In this document: piece by piece, positions 1 through 13,400 of the stretch | How the letters are laid out: every line of letters begins with the position of its first letter | Position numbering within the stretch: the first letter of the stretch is position 1 | Origin: Catajapyx aquilonaris | Taxonomy: Eukaryota | Assembly (NCBI GenBank): GCA_000934665.2 | Contig: KZ538106.1 | Location: forward strand, 1 to 64,000 | DNA: 64,000 nucleotides | Direction of reading: 5' to 3' | Notes under the pieces: generated by a model | What the model saw: only the letters and a program-made list of their open reading frames with translations | Told to the model about the DNA's origin: nothing | Database searches by the model: none | Made by a program: the position numbers and the translations under genes

Positions 1-114
1 TGCCTGCGCCGCCAAAAAATTGTGATGAAATTGTGCTGGCAAAATTAGAATGGCCTCAAATGGCGACGAGAGAGCTACTCTTGCAGTGTTACACATGAAA
101 TTCGATATTTAGTA

Positions 115-1790
115 TCTGCACCTATATCTAATCAGCTCCAGAAACAATTGCTGCTTCAGCAAATTCAAATTTCGCGCCATTTTCAACGACCTTGGCTTCT
201 CTCCGCTTCATACCGTCCTTATCCCGATCGTAACATTGTCGACATTGCATGTCATCCAGCGGAAGCTAACAAACTAACGGTGACATCAAGCCACACTGTG
301 GTTTCCAGGACCAATGTTGAAGCTTATGGCGCCTGCGCAAATTAATTGTTGCCCTCAGGCAACAATGCCCGCTACAGGGTTAAGGTGTGGTATAAAGGTA
401 TAAGGTGTGTAAGGTGTGGCATAATGTGGTCTACGTAGGTACTGTGTCATGTAGTTTTCAATAATTTTTTTTGCATTTGTTTGTTTTTTCACTTTCTAAC
501 GTTTGGATCTCCACATTCTCAACACCCCAACGACTTAAAGATGGGCCTAAAAACCATAGTAGCATTGGCAGAAGCGCATTGGATACACGCAGAGTTCGGC
601 TAAGGATGAGAGACCAAGAGACTGAGGAAGAACACCAAGCATGTCTCCCCTCTATGAGAAACGCGGCCATCAGTCGGAGATTAGCTCCATTTTTATCAAC
701 CCACCTCCTACATGCCGCTTTCCACTATACTCAGCAGACATTGACAATAATTCTTCTGTCGGTGTTGTTGCAATTGGATCTATGTCAGAGGGATGCCACC
801 ATTGTCAGGCAAAGAAGTGGAAGGGTGAAACAAAAACGATCTGTTGCTCCATTGGAAAGGTTAGCCTTCCTCTACTGGCTGAGCCCCCACAGCTACTTAA
901 AATGCTCCTCTCAGGTACGTCGTCTGATTCAAAACATTTCCTGAAGACCATCAGAAATTACAATTCGGCCTTCCAGATGACATCTTTTGGGGCCAACGTT
1001 GTTAGAGAAGGGGGCTTCATGCCTACATTCAAAGTGCAAGGGCAAATTTACCATCGCATGGGATCACTCCTTCCTTCAGAAAATCAGAGTCCGCGGTTTC
1101 TGCAACTTTACTTCGTGGGGAACATGCAACAGCAGGCGGAATACCGTTGCACCTACTTAAATGGCACACGCCTCCACATCACACTGCAACTTCAGGAGAT
1201 GATCCACATTCCACTCACACTTACGTCAAAAGCTTCAAGCTTGCACTTGAGAGTCCTCCTCCTCTCGAATTTGACTTGGTCATAGATATACAGACAAGCG
1301 ACCACAAGGCGAGCATCGTGGTCGATTCAATCAACCTTCTTGCAATGAGATTGCTCTCATCATGAGTGGTCAGGAGCATGGTAATAAGAGGGATATTGTG
1401 TTGAAGCTTCGAGACAACACGCTTCATCTGTGCAATTATGAACGTAATTGGCTATACCAAATATTGCATGTGCATCAAGTTCAGAAAACACACATTGGAT
1501 ATCAGATTGTAAGCTCTGCCATGCTGGAGCTTCTACATTCTACATTTACTTCTACATTTACTGCACAACCTTCAATTTTCCATGACATACTTTTGCTGGA
1601 TTTTGGAGGTGTATTGTGTATTTTCTTACAATCCGACATCCTTAGTGTGTTGTTTGGACTTCATGCACATGCAATATATGCTCCATGTCACTGGTATGCC
1701 AACATTGTATAGCCATAATTATTGCAAATCAATGAGTCACTCCTATGGAAAAGTATTTCATAACCCGAGCAACGCCGGGTATCCTGCTAG
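115..1790 (+). mobile_element. Helitron, internally deleted and non-autonomous; retains the 5' part of RepHel and the 3' terminus
   Basis: ORF 641-1285 has RepHel N-terminal motifs: CHHC-x12-CC, NYNSAFQMTSFGA, GGFMPTFKVQGQIYHRMGSLLP, PRFLQLYF. Frameshifted continuation to ~1430 (YVKSFKLALE; RFNQPSCNEIA; RDIVL). 3' end is hairpin ACCCG-agcaacgc-CGGGT (1763-1780), then CTAG (1787-1790), then T. The 5' A|TC end at 114/115 is tentative. Confidence 0.88.
641..1430 (+). pseudogene. Helitron RepHel N-terminal fragment, frameshifted and truncated before the Rep and helicase cores
   Basis: Recognisable motifs are spread over several frames (ORFs 641-1285, 1147-1365, 1362-1712). Similarity ends ~1430 and no PIF1 helicase motifs are seen. 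Confidence 0.85.
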
Positions 1791-2306
1791 TACCATCCAC
1801 TATAAATATATTAAATTTGATTACATGATGGAACAATATTTTCACTTGGGCCTCCCCCTCCCTGCATTACGTCTATTAACGAATCTGCGCAACAATTCTA
1901 ACACATTTTGGCTAGATGGATATGTTGTTATAGATTCGATGATATTCAGTTCTGTACTCTTTGTAATGAATCCTCCTCCTTCTTTAACTTGCATCACTTT
2001 CTTTACTCTTGTCGCTTTTAAACAAATTGTAGACAGCGTTACCTAAGTGATATGCCTTCAGCGCCACCAAATAAATTCCATCATGTTTTCTGTGGCTGTT
2101 CTAAACCTGACATTCTTAATTTGTATAATTTTTTCAAAGATGCCTGTAAGTTATTGAAATTTTGTGATATTGTTTTGTAGAGTGCTCGGTTTCGACAACA
2201 TTTGTTATTTGTTACTATATATGTGAGTCCCCCCCCCTACTATGGAACGCCAGTTCCCTTTGGGGGGAGTATCAATAAATTTGATTTGATTTGATTTGAT
2301 TTGATT
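1791..2306 (+). mobile_element. 3' end of a 5'-truncated non-LTR retrotransposon (RTE-X/CR1-group-like)
   Basis: YKYIKFDYMMEQYFHLGLPLPALRLLTNLR is followed after a frameshift by a CCHC knuckle CTLCNESSSFFNLHHFLYSC (1953-2012). Then a C-run/G-run hairpin (~2228-2270), AATAAA, and a (TTTGA)n tail at ~2280-2306. Confidence 0.65.
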
Positions 2307-2308
2307 TA

Positions 2309-2749
2309 CAGTTGAATCCGGATATAACAGCCTCGGCTATAACATACTTGGTTATAAAGGCTGTCCCGTCATGCTTCCATTAGGCACTGTGTATTTTCAC
2401 TCCTGATATAACAGACTCATTTTCACCTCACCTCGGGTATAACAGACCATTTCTTGGACCCTCCTCGGTGGGAAAATACAGTATTGTTTTCCAGGTATAA
2501 AATTTGCAAAAAGGAGACGGCAGAAGGAAATTTCGGATAATTTGGTCCTACATAATTTTCGGGTGAGCCATCAATATTGCATTGGTGACAGATTTCATTA
2601 ATCGGTATGTAGTCTAGTAGTGCATAGTACAGCCACATTGAAAGCGGAAATTTATGTTTTCGTTGCATGACGATTCGGCTATAACAGACCTCGGTTATAT
2701 CAGACTTTTTCCGCAGTCTCTTGAAGTCTGTTGTATCCGGATTCAACTG
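2309..2749. mobile_element. MITE, Tc1/mariner-pogo-like, TA target-site duplication
   Basis: 22-bp TIRs CAGTTGAATCCGGATATAACAG / CTGTTGTATCCGGATTCAACTG (1 mismatch). TA at 2307-2308 and 2750-2751. Internal repeats of TATAACAGAC-like motifs. Confidence 0.85.
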
Positions 2750-2751
2750 TA

Positions 2752-2913
2752 CAGTACTGGCCAATAATCGAGGCAACGACTAGCGACATTTTCCCGAAGC
2801 GGCAGAAGAAGGAATCTTGCTCGCCCGGCTTCTAGCATGCTTATCTTCGATTCCTTCTTCTGCCGCTTCGGGAAAATGTCGCTAGTCGTTGCCTCGATTA
2901 TTGGCCAGTACTG
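2752..2913. mobile_element. 162-bp hairpin MITE, CAGT termini, TA TSD
   Basis: Perfect 65-bp inverted arms (2752-2816 / 2849-2913) around a 32-bp spacer. TA at 2750-2751 and 2914-2915. Confidence 0.88.
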
Positions 2914-3001
2914 TACTATTAACCCCGTTCGCTCCCTGCTATATCGCCATCGCCAGGTAATATCGGTCAACTCTTAAGCTAATTTAATTATGAAATTATG
3001 T

Positions 3002-3545
3002 TACAGTATGCGGAATATCTACCTTGAGAAATGTGCCAGACTAATATTTGCTGCAATCGTTGCATTTCGCGAAAATGAAATAAGTTTGGGAGTTTTCAGA
3101 TGTGACAGAGGCAAGCCACACATAGTATTGATTTAATTCTTGGAAATAAGTTCCACCATTTCAGTTAATTCGTCTGGTATGGTTCTCAATGTAGATAATT
3201 GAAGGGTTGCCCCGAATAATGTTGTAAGTGACATTGGTGTCAGTTGTCTAGTTTTGGTTTCCGCGGGTCCGGGAATTGGAAAAGATACATGTCCTGGGCA
3301 TATACACAGACATACTGTCCGTTCGTTACGCAGGTTTTGCAGACATGTACTTGCGTATTTTATTATAACGTGCCAGACGAACAGATTTGCTGAAATCGTC
3401 GCATTTCGCGAAAATTAAGTACGGTTGGGAGTTTTCAGATGTGAAGGAGGCAAGCCGCAGATAAGTATTGATTGAATTCTTGCAAAATACCACGATTTCA
3501 GCAAATTCGTCTGGTACAGTTCTCAATGTATATATTCCGTATATT
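3002..3545. repeat. Degenerate repeat with imperfect terminal inverted repeats and an internal ~165-bp diverged direct duplication
   Basis: ~3033-3196 and ~3370-3534 share GCATTTCGCGAAAAT, TTGGGAGTTTTCAGATGTGA and AATTCGTCTGGTA. The ends CGGAATATCTACCTTGAGAA and TTCTCAATGTATATATTCCG are approximately reverse-complementary. Confidence 0.55.
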
Positions 3546-3747
3546 TTAGCGTATAGGCTATTTCATAATAATTAAATCAGACTAACCGTTGGCTGGTAGC
3601 ACTCGACTTTTGTTATTTTACGACTATCTCTGTGAAAATAATTTTAGGGACTTCTAAGCGACGAAAATCGTCTCCAATGCATTCATAGTGCAGACTGTAT
3701 AGTGTAGAGCATAAGTTACGTGTACTGTCAAAAAAGAACTGAAATTA

Positions 3748-4532
3748 GATCAAAAACTTTCCCTTCAGTAAAAAAAAGAGAAGACCTCCGCGGCGGAATA
3801 AAAGTACTGATACAAGGCAGGCGCACGTAAGACCTTCACCAATTGATTTAAGCTGTACCATAGGTCTTACTCAAGCAATTCTCAAGTACGGTATGGAACG
3901 GCTCATAAAACGACTGCTGCAAACTACTCAGAGCAGTATAGGTAGTATTTTATTATGAACAGAAGAAAAAAATGGGAAAAACTAAACCCATTATAACAGA
4001 TCGAACCAATCGAAAAAGACCCTCTAAAATTCACCAATTAACGTTTACGTATATATGTGAAAAATTAAACGTTAGAGTTAAAATGAGCATCTAAAAGAGG
4101 TGACGATTCTGCATGAATGTTTCATGGCAATAATTCGCACTAATCGCATAGAAATTCAATGTGCTTAATATTGAAGTTCCTAATTATTTCATAAAACACT
4201 AATATGGAGTGGCTCATGGAAAATTAATGGGTGGAATTTTCGTCGTACTACTATTAACTATATGTCTGTAGTTACTGCTAACTTAGCAGTACCATTGCGC
4301 TACACTGGTACTGCTAAGTTAGAAGTAACTAGTAGTACTACAGAAATTCCACAAATTTGTTTTCAGAAAGGAGATTTCATGAGCAGTGAATTGGGAATTG
4401 CTTGAGTAAGACCTATGGTACAGCTTAAATCAATTGGTGAAGGTCTTACGTGCGCCTGCCTTGTTTCAGTACTTTTATTCCGCCGCGGAGGTCTTACTTC
4501 TTTTTTTTTTACTGAAGGGAAAGTTTTTGATC
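3748..4532. mobile_element. Foldback/MITE element with ~135-bp terminal inverted repeats, TA-flanked
   Basis: 3744-3881 is the near-perfect reverse complement of 4395-4536. TA at 3746-3747 and 4533-4534. A second hairpin lies inside (~4270-4331). Confidence 0.8.
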
Positions 4533-4994
4533 TAATCAACCATTTTAAATCATTAAAGCAGAAATTGATGATCTTGTAATTGCTGCTCTTGTACATTTCA
4601 ATTAGCCTGAGAATATTTATGTCTCATCATGCTAATTGTGCAAAAATACACTTTATGCTGGTACCGATACTCTTCAACAACTGAATAAAATTGTTGACAA
4701 TTATTATATGTCACCAATGTGCTGCACTTGAACTCAATTCATCTAGTGCACAACATGCATAAAGGTGCTATAAACCCCTGCCTTTTCCTCAACCAACAAC
4801 CACTTTAGTTCAGGAAGACTCGGATTTTCTAGCAGGAATAGTCGCAATTGGCAGCTTGGGAGTTCATAAAAAAAGGCGACGATAGAGACGGCCATAAAAC
4901 TAAAGCCCATTGAAGTCGGCAGAGGCTCGAGTTCCCTGCTGCTGCATTCGTTATTCATTCCCAGCTGCTGGAGCTGCCCTCGGACTCATCTGCC

Positions 4995-7684
4995 ATGAAA
5001 GGGTGTGCCATGTTCCTGGGATTCTCTGAGCTTAAGTTGGACAAGAAGAGGCTGCTGAAAGGGGCCGTGGCGGAGTTCCTCGGGTGCTTCTTCCTTCTAT
5101 TTTTTGGGTGCGGAGCATGTCTGGACAGATGGGACGAGCAGATGGCACCCAGTGTCGTCCAAATCGCACTGTCTTTCGGCCTTATCATAGCCGCCATGGT
5201 TCAGGTCGGTACCGCTAATTTACCAGTAATTAACTCGTAGATATTAGGATCAAGCTGATCACAATTTCACTGCCTAAATATTCGTATAAAGAAGGAACGT
5301 CCTACATTAGTTAGTAACTGATGAGATGAATAGTTTTGCACATGCGTATTTTATGTTAGCTAAAATAGTATGTAGACAAACTCTGACACTGAATGACATG
5401 TCAGAGAACAATGTAAATCATATCTTGGCGACTGTAAATTCCGATTGTGACCTTTTGTAAATATCGGTACGCAGCAGGTCTACGTCGGTGTCTGAACTAT
5501 TGGGGATATTTTTCATGGAAGTGTGTAAAATCATATGAAAAATGTTACCATACTGATTTCATTTACCATGCTGATCGTGTCACCCCTACCAATCACCAGT
5601 AGAAAACAGGATTTTATAGATGTGTGATCGGAAAAATACCTTCCAGGATATTTTATCCTGCACGATAAATATACAAAATAATTAGGTTGCACAGATCAAG
5701 TCACACCTCTGCATATAGTGATCCTCCTGCCCACGTAAAAGTTCGGTGTTATTATGAAACACCCTGTGGCCGTATTTACGCCGTGAATAAGGAAATATTT
5801 AAATTCTCGTTTAGGCTATACAATCCCTCTGAATTACACCCTTGAAATTATTGTTAATGCCTGAGCCGGACCAAACACAAAACTGTGTGACTAAAAAGGT
5901 AATTGTTTGTAAAATCCAAAATCACGTACCCATGGAAAAACCGATTCTTCCGAGAGCAAATATAAACCGTTTCGCTTCAGATCAGCGGTCAAAAAGGAAG
6001 TAAATTTTTTTTACAGCTTTGGAAATGAACCTAACTTTTTTTTCCGGATCAGTAGCTGTGGATGTCGCACAAAGCTACTCCCCCCAAAAAAAACCTAGCA
6101 TAAACTCCACTCATGGACGACCAAAAGTACGCAATGCGACCGTAAATTGCCCACGGGCCGTAAAATGCAACCTTGGAAATTCCTTACAACCCTATACACT
6201 GTAGTTTACTGCAGTGTACTTGAAAATATGCTTTAACGTGTGATTACTGGCTGACGTTATCATCCGCTTCGTCCCTAATTTTCATGCAAAAACTGAGACT
6301 AAATATGTTGTCCACAGGAATGCCCCGCACTTAAGAGCTGTTATTACAACATTTTTCTTTAAAAAACAAGACCAAAAAGTCATTCATAACCATTAAAGCA
6401 GAGATGCTTTTGTCTAACCTGCCATTGTGCATTAAATACTTCCTAGGGGTTTAAAAATATCGTAAACCCGACCTTTTCAACGTTAATCACAACTCACAAA
6501 CACGCAGTCAATGTCAGACAAGGCGGTGTAGCACTTAATTAATAAGCACACGTGGAGTAGAACGGTGCGTTGCAAGCATAAAAAAGTGGGCTCGGTACAG
6601 TACATGAAACAACTCATAGGAAAATTATTTCGCACGAAATTAAAAACCGGTGCAAACCAGATAATTATACAGGACCATAAGATATCGGCAATCTCCCGGA
6701 AAGTTCACTCCCGCAGGGAAACCTGACCTTCCAAGAGAGCATGAATAATGGTTTATCAGGATAACGGCAACGTAGTACTCACCAATGTCGCAACTCGTTA
6801 TCTCGAAGGAACGAGCTATATACCGGCTTGTGAAACAGCTTCTGTGTTATTACAAGAAATGCATTAACTTACTTTCAGGTGACATGCAACAGGTAAATTA
6901 ATATTAAAAGTAATATTTGCCACGCATGTTAAGAGACGCAACTCGAGTGTCACTTATATTTTTGGTCATTTTGCTTGATTGCAATGATTGGGTTTTCAGG
7001 TGACAGGCGAGGTGAGTGGAGGTCACCTGAACCCGGCCGTGACCTTTGCTCTGCTGCTGATAGGTCAGGTCAGCATGATCAGAGCTGTGTTGTTCATGGT
7101 CATCCAGATATTGGGCGCAGTCGCAGGGACTGCAACCCTTAGGGCTCTGGCTCCTACCAATATGACTCCAAAAGAATTTGACCTGAGGGTGATCTCTGAC
7201 ATGCACCCTGACCTCAGCCAGGTCCAGGCCTTTATCATAGAGGCGCTCTTGACCTTCGTGCTCATGATGGTCATTCTGGCTGTCACAGACCGGAACAGGA
7301 ACGGCGGCCATGCTCAAACTGTAGGGCCCATTGTCATTGGACTCACCGTGGCTGCCGGCCATCTCACTGGGGTCAGTTGACACATTGTTGGGTGTTTGTT
7401 ACTAGCAGTTTCAACAATGACCACAATTTCAGGTGACACTGTCTGGGTCCAGCATGAATCCAGCCCGCAGTCTTGGTCCGGCTGTGGTTATGAATAATTA
7501 CCGCTATATCTGGGTTAGTAATATTTTGTACGAACCATACCAATATTACTTTAAAATTATTCAACAGATTTACTGTGCTGGCCCGACCCTGGGATCTTCA
7601 GTGGCCGCCCTGGTTTATCGGTTTGTGCTCAGGACAAGGCTTGAAGACGTCTCAATTTCGGAGGAAGAAAGCGCCGATTTTTAG
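4995..7684 (+). CDS. Aquaporin (MIP family), classical AQP4-like branch; paralog A, 4 exons, ~259 aa
   Basis: Exons 4995-5204, 7000-7371, 7433-7513, 7568-7684, all GT-AG and phase 0. Motifs [39 protein letters not shown]. Confidence 0.95.
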
Positions 7685-8479
7685 AAAGTTTTCTTTGGTG
7701 GTATGCCCTACCTCCGAAAAAATAAGTGGGAACTCCCTATTACTGTGCAAATTTTATGACTTTTGCATGTTGTTGGGTTTTTGCAAAACCTCAGTAATTA
7801 TGTGGCAGTAAAAAAAGCAGATTCATTATTTTTTGTTGCTTCTCGGAGTAATAGCTGACCTCCTTCCGCACAAAGTGAAACATCCTTAATAAACAGCCTC
7901 GAATAAATCATAAGTTAAAAAAAAAAGTGAAATGCTGTAGTTTTTAAGCATCATTCTACTTTTTCAGAACAATGATAATAAGTACGTAACTAATAAGTTT
8001 CCAATCTTGCTTTACACATTCAATTCGTTCCAGTCAGTGTCCTACAGAATAATCCTACAATACGTCAGCCAATGAGGGCGTTCATACAATTTCACTGGTT
8101 TTACTTTTCTTGCCAACGATTTTAACGCAGAATTGTTCTATTAGAGTTTGCAACTTTAAATTATATGACTGAAATATTGCATATATTTTTTCCCGTTTGT
8201 TTTACGTAGGTGAACGATACTTCCTGGAAATTAGATGACACGCTTAACGCTGATGGTTGAGAGATGGAATAACCCGCAGGAAGTGTATACCGTTATTCAA
8301 GTGGGTTAAGAAAAATTAATAGCTATATTCAATAGAACAAAATTATCTAGCGGAATCTGACTTAGAAATTCATCTCCGATATTAGGCAACAACGTAAATA
8401 TTTGCATTACTCAGAACATTCGTTTGCAATTACCTCGCAGAGTTTTACTAACGCTTCAGGTAAAATAATCTAATCATTA

Positions 8480-8640
8480 AGGCCATTTCACAAAAAAAAA
8501 TTCGCGCGGCAAACGGCGCGACTTGCGACAAATTTTTATTTATATTTATTGTTGCCAATTGTTGGCAACAATAAATATAAACAAAAATTTGCCGCAAGTC
8601 GCGCCGTTTGCCGCGCGACATTTTTTTTGTGAAATGGCCT
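8480..8640. mobile_element. Palindromic PIF/Harbinger (Tourist-like) MITE, TTA TSD
   Basis: The whole 161 bp is an almost perfect inverted repeat (AGGCCATTTCACAAAAAAA...TTTTTTTGTGAAATGGCCT). TTA at 8477-8479 and 8641-8643. Confidence 0.85.
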
Positions 8641-10382
8641 TTATGCAGTAATTTTTTATATTGCATAACACATGATTCCGTATTAAAACCAGTGCTGTCC
8701 TGTATAATTGCATGTTTTCTTGTCCCCCACCTTTAAAAATTCAGAAAGGAGGACACCATAGCACAATTTCTCAAGCCATATCCATATATCTAGACTGTAA
8801 TAGGCTCGAAATTACACCTTCACACCTCACAATATTAAAACTTCCCGGGAAAAAATGGCGATTTAAGTAGGACTCCGCCTTCTTTTAGTTACAAAAGGGT
8901 TGACTGCTCAAATGTTTTTGAACCTTGGTATCCTGGCACTAGATAACCATCAGACCTCTAGGAAGCTGGGACTCCTAATATTGCTCCAGTGCTCATGGTC
9001 ACATAGCGTCAGGATACATTTGTCTAACACGTACAGTGCAGTAATAATCATCAACAGAGTGAGTTTCTACGATCCAGTGTAAAATTGATGTTTTAATAAT
9101 TTTGCCATTCCACGCTTCTAGCAAAGGTTACGTCCCTTTACTAACCCAATTATTATTCCGATCAAAGTCCATTCCCTATTTTGCAACCGAAGCAGCCTGA
9201 ATAAGAACAGTGCAGCTATCCATCGAAGTGTCACTACACACGTCGGAGACAAATAGCCAGCGATACACAATCTCTGTTGGTGCGTGGGCGTGTGCCGGCG
9301 CAACAGCCCAGCTTCATTTCCCTCCCGCCAGGGCGCCGCCACACCCTGTCAAAAGGGGCCTCCAGTTTCCACACACTCCCCCAGCCCTGTAATCATACTC
9401 ACTCACTCATTCACTCACTTCACACAAACACACAAACCTTGACCGCCTTGGACACACGGATCAATGAACCACTGTTGGGTGGGCGCACTGCCAAAGACAG
9501 CAACCGGTTGCTGGGGTGAACAATCAGCAAACTTATATATTTCCCTCGAATTGAGTGCATTGACCACAACGCTCCATACCACTTTTTTAACGCGTTTTTC
9601 ATTACCTACAGCCTCAAGCTGTTCCAGATTTGAACTCTCGAATGACTTTTTGACCATAATTGCAAGAGCCATGTGGACCAACACTATTCAAAACCGGGTA
9701 GTACAATACCTGTCGTACAACTCCATGGGTGTGGACTACACTTCTCTTTCTTTTCTTTTTTTTGTTCATTGGCCGGGTTCAAAATGGCCAATATTTGGCG
9801 CGAGAGTACAGTAGCAAGGTGGGCCAATGATAACACAGGTGTATACAAAAAAAAAAAAAAGTGGCCTGGTCTGTTCACAAGCGGGCCTTTACTTATTGGG
9901 GTCATTCACGCTCGCAATCAAAGCCTTCGCGCAATTCCTTTCCAGCCCATTTGATGTCTTGGCTCCGGTGTCTTCCTATGAATGCCATTGAAGTCCTTCG
10001 ACTCCTCAGAGTCTATTGGAGACGCCTTTGGGGTCAAGCTCAATATGCCATAAAATCGCATTAGTTGAATGGTTTAGGGCATCTCTCTCTCTTCCCCCTC
10101 TTGTTATATACGTACAAGTATATTGTTGCCCTGGCTGATCTGAACTTCCTTTCACTCTTTTATGACGCAACCTTCCCAAAAAGAAATATCGTGAGCGAAA
10201 GGATTACCCATGTTATCATTACTCGCTTATGATTATTATTCTTCAGATTTTATGGCTGATTTTCTCACACCTGTCGAATTAACAGCCTTCATTGCATTAG
10301 ACACGAAAACGAAAGGTGTGCAATGCTCTCCCTTCCCCATTACTACGCTATTTACCTTTGAGTTGTGGCCATTATATGTCAC

Positions 10383-10468
<86 letters not shown>
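10383..10468. repeat. (AAT)n microsatellite
   Basis: About 28 uninterrupted TAA units. Confidence 0.98.
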
Positions 10469-13400
10469 GCTCAGAGGACACTTTTGTTTGAAACTCATCA
10501 CAGTGGTCAAATAGAGTCTTTCGTGACTTTCAGACGTTCATTCAAAGCAGAAATGGGGCCAGACAAATTTTGGCGCGGTTAGTGGCAACATATAACTAAT
10601 TGGTGTTGGACCAAGGTTACACGCTGCCAATCCAAATAAGTGGAAGAACCAGTTCGTGACATACGAGTCGGCTTGTAGATGCACTTCTTTTATTTTATTT
10701 TTTATGTGCGTGCATAGCAGGGGGGCCATCAGAAGACGACAGATTCGCATGGGAAGCATTGCGAAGAAATGGAACAGTCGGAATGTCCTTGCGGCGAAAA
10801 CACAAGCAGCTCACCACAATTTGCATTCCTTGGCTGCTGATACTATTTGCGTCTTGTTGGTACCGGTGCCAATAGGACATACGTGCCAATTTCCGACACT
10901 GAGAAGTGCCTTTTGTCTCGACGATTATTTCCCTGGCAAAAATACACCCCAGCCGAGCGCCACTATTCTCCTGGAAACGACCGCACGACATTGCATGATG
11001 CGCGACAGTTCTTGTCACAACTGATGGCATGCTCCTGGTGCACTGCGTCGACGAATCAACCTTGCCCATATCTTCCGGGAATGACCTGGCAGTTTCACCT
11101 TGGTTCTAAGTGATTCATGTAAGGCACGGAAACTCCCCCAGACTGTTTCCCACAATAAAAGTATCAGTTGACGTCATATGCACTGTGTCTCTACTTTCTT
11201 TTTTTCCCTTATTGCTGTCTTGTTTGCAGGCGGTTACGCAACCAGCAATGCAATGTCTTAATATTAGACATGACCTACCGAAAGGAGACCGCTCCTCCCA
11301 AACAGGTAAGATTGGGTCCGATGTGACACCTGAGATACCAAGGGCATTTCAAAGGAGGGGAGTCGAAGAAGCGGCTCTTTTTTCTTATGTAGCTCACGTG
11401 TAAGTGATGGATGTCCCCAGGGCTCTGATTTAATACGTGAGCTGAGATTGTAAAATGAAACGTTCGCTGGCTTATTACCACCAGCTGGTTGTGTGGGCAG
11501 CCCGGGCCGAACAGTTACCATTGGCTATTTATCACACTAGCGGATGCTTTTGTGGGTGAGGAGAGGATTGTTTTTTTGTGTGTGTGCGAAAGTTTGGCCA
11601 ATATTTTGCATGCTGACAGGCAGCATGGGCAGTATGACAAAATCGCGCCAAACTGGCATTTTTTCTAATTGAAGTGATTTTTAAAAATGTCAATATATGG
11701 CCAGAAATTCAGATTTTTTAAATAGGGCTGCCCGATGTCAAAGAAAAATATATCATCCCAACTGCAATCAATTGGCCATGAAAAATATCATTATGGCACA
11801 AGTAGGATAAAGTACGCCATGGGCAAGTGCGCAGTTTCATTTTTCTACCAGAAATGAAAACCGGTTGAGATATATGCAAGCTGACGAGGCCGTCAATCTC
11901 TTCCCTATAATTTTACAACCGACTCGTCATGCACATCAGAACCAGATGCGTAGTTATATAGCAGCTTCCTAAACTTATATAGGAATCCTATAGATGCATA
12001 GAAACTAGTGCGACGTACAATCGGGAAGTATTGTGAAACAACCTCCCGAAGCAAAAGTATCAAACCGCAATAATTTTGTACGCAACAAATGATGAATTGC
12101 ATATGTCCTCGATTACTGTATATGGTCTATAAAAATTACATCAGTCTGATTAATCACGGAGACAAAACGCGAGACCAAATATTTACAGCCGGTGTAATTT
12201 AACGTCGTAAATTCGTGAGCGTCACATTAGGCACGGGAATTGCGTAGCACCTCTTTGCACTTGGCGTGGAAACAGCATTAGCCAGATGAAAAATGCTAGA
12301 ACTCTCATCTTGGAACAAATGGCGTTGAACGCTGTCATAGAAGACAAATCTAAGCGGTCAGGTTGCTTGAGGCCATCCTGGGCAAAGTAAACGCGCACGT
12401 ACTTATGTACAGAGAGATTAGCCAGTGAGCGTGATGAAGCAGGGCTCCGAAGGCAAAGAGAGCGCGCAGTTTGGGGTTGGCCACGATCTGACCAGGCCCG
12501 AAAGGATAATTGCATTTGCACGCCCATCCTGTGTGCTGCCTTAACCCCTCTTTGAAATAAAGAGAAAAACACTCGTATTTCTCAGGATTTCTGCGAGCAA
12601 AGCAGGAATCAATCCTGGATCAGCGGAATGTATAACGGAAATGGCACTTTCGTGGGTCCTTGAACTAGTTGGGGCGGCGCTTTCTGCTCTTGTGAGCACT
12701 GCTTGGTTTTGCCTTTCATTTTCTTCCAGCGGCATAGTTCCCACACACTGCTGCTGAGGACTGCGTACATGCTAATGGACACACGGGAGTCACGCCTTTC
12801 TCCATTGGAGCTTCCAGGACTAATCTAATGCCGAACATTTACCAATATTACTCCGCCTAGGGGGAAGATGCACTGTGGCTAAAGTAGTCCCACATACGCG
12901 ATGAAAATTTTTCTCCTAAGTTGGGGAGAGTAGGCATATACTTTTCAATCGGTTCGTTTGCGGCGAAAATGATATAATCGGGGGTTTGACAGTGGTGGGT
13001 GATGGACCCTGACGTCGTTGGCCATGAGGAGATTACTCACTTGAGGTCATCGGCGTGTCCATGACTAGGAAGTGAATAGGCTCGTGGGAAAATTATGAGA
13101 TTTCGAAATTCTGGGGTTTGCGTTTATGACTAGGACGGCCGTTACAACGGATGGAAATGACATTCCTTGCAAATTAGTATTTGGTGCAGAGCCGCATATA
13201 GCCCGATATTGCATTGTTCTGCAGGTGAAAAAAAATATTTACTGCTCCATAAAATAGCGCAAGTCATTTTCTGTTTGCCAACACAGGACGCATAGGCGGC
13301 ACGATAATGTTCAATTAATCCCTGCTGATGACGATTGGACGCTTATATCTTAAATGGAAGGCCACACAGGCACCGAAGACGAGGAGGGCAAGAGACACAC

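Noticed and set aside
10210..10582. ORFs with poly-N, poly-I and poly-L tracts
   Set aside because: They are translations of the (AAT)n microsatellite.
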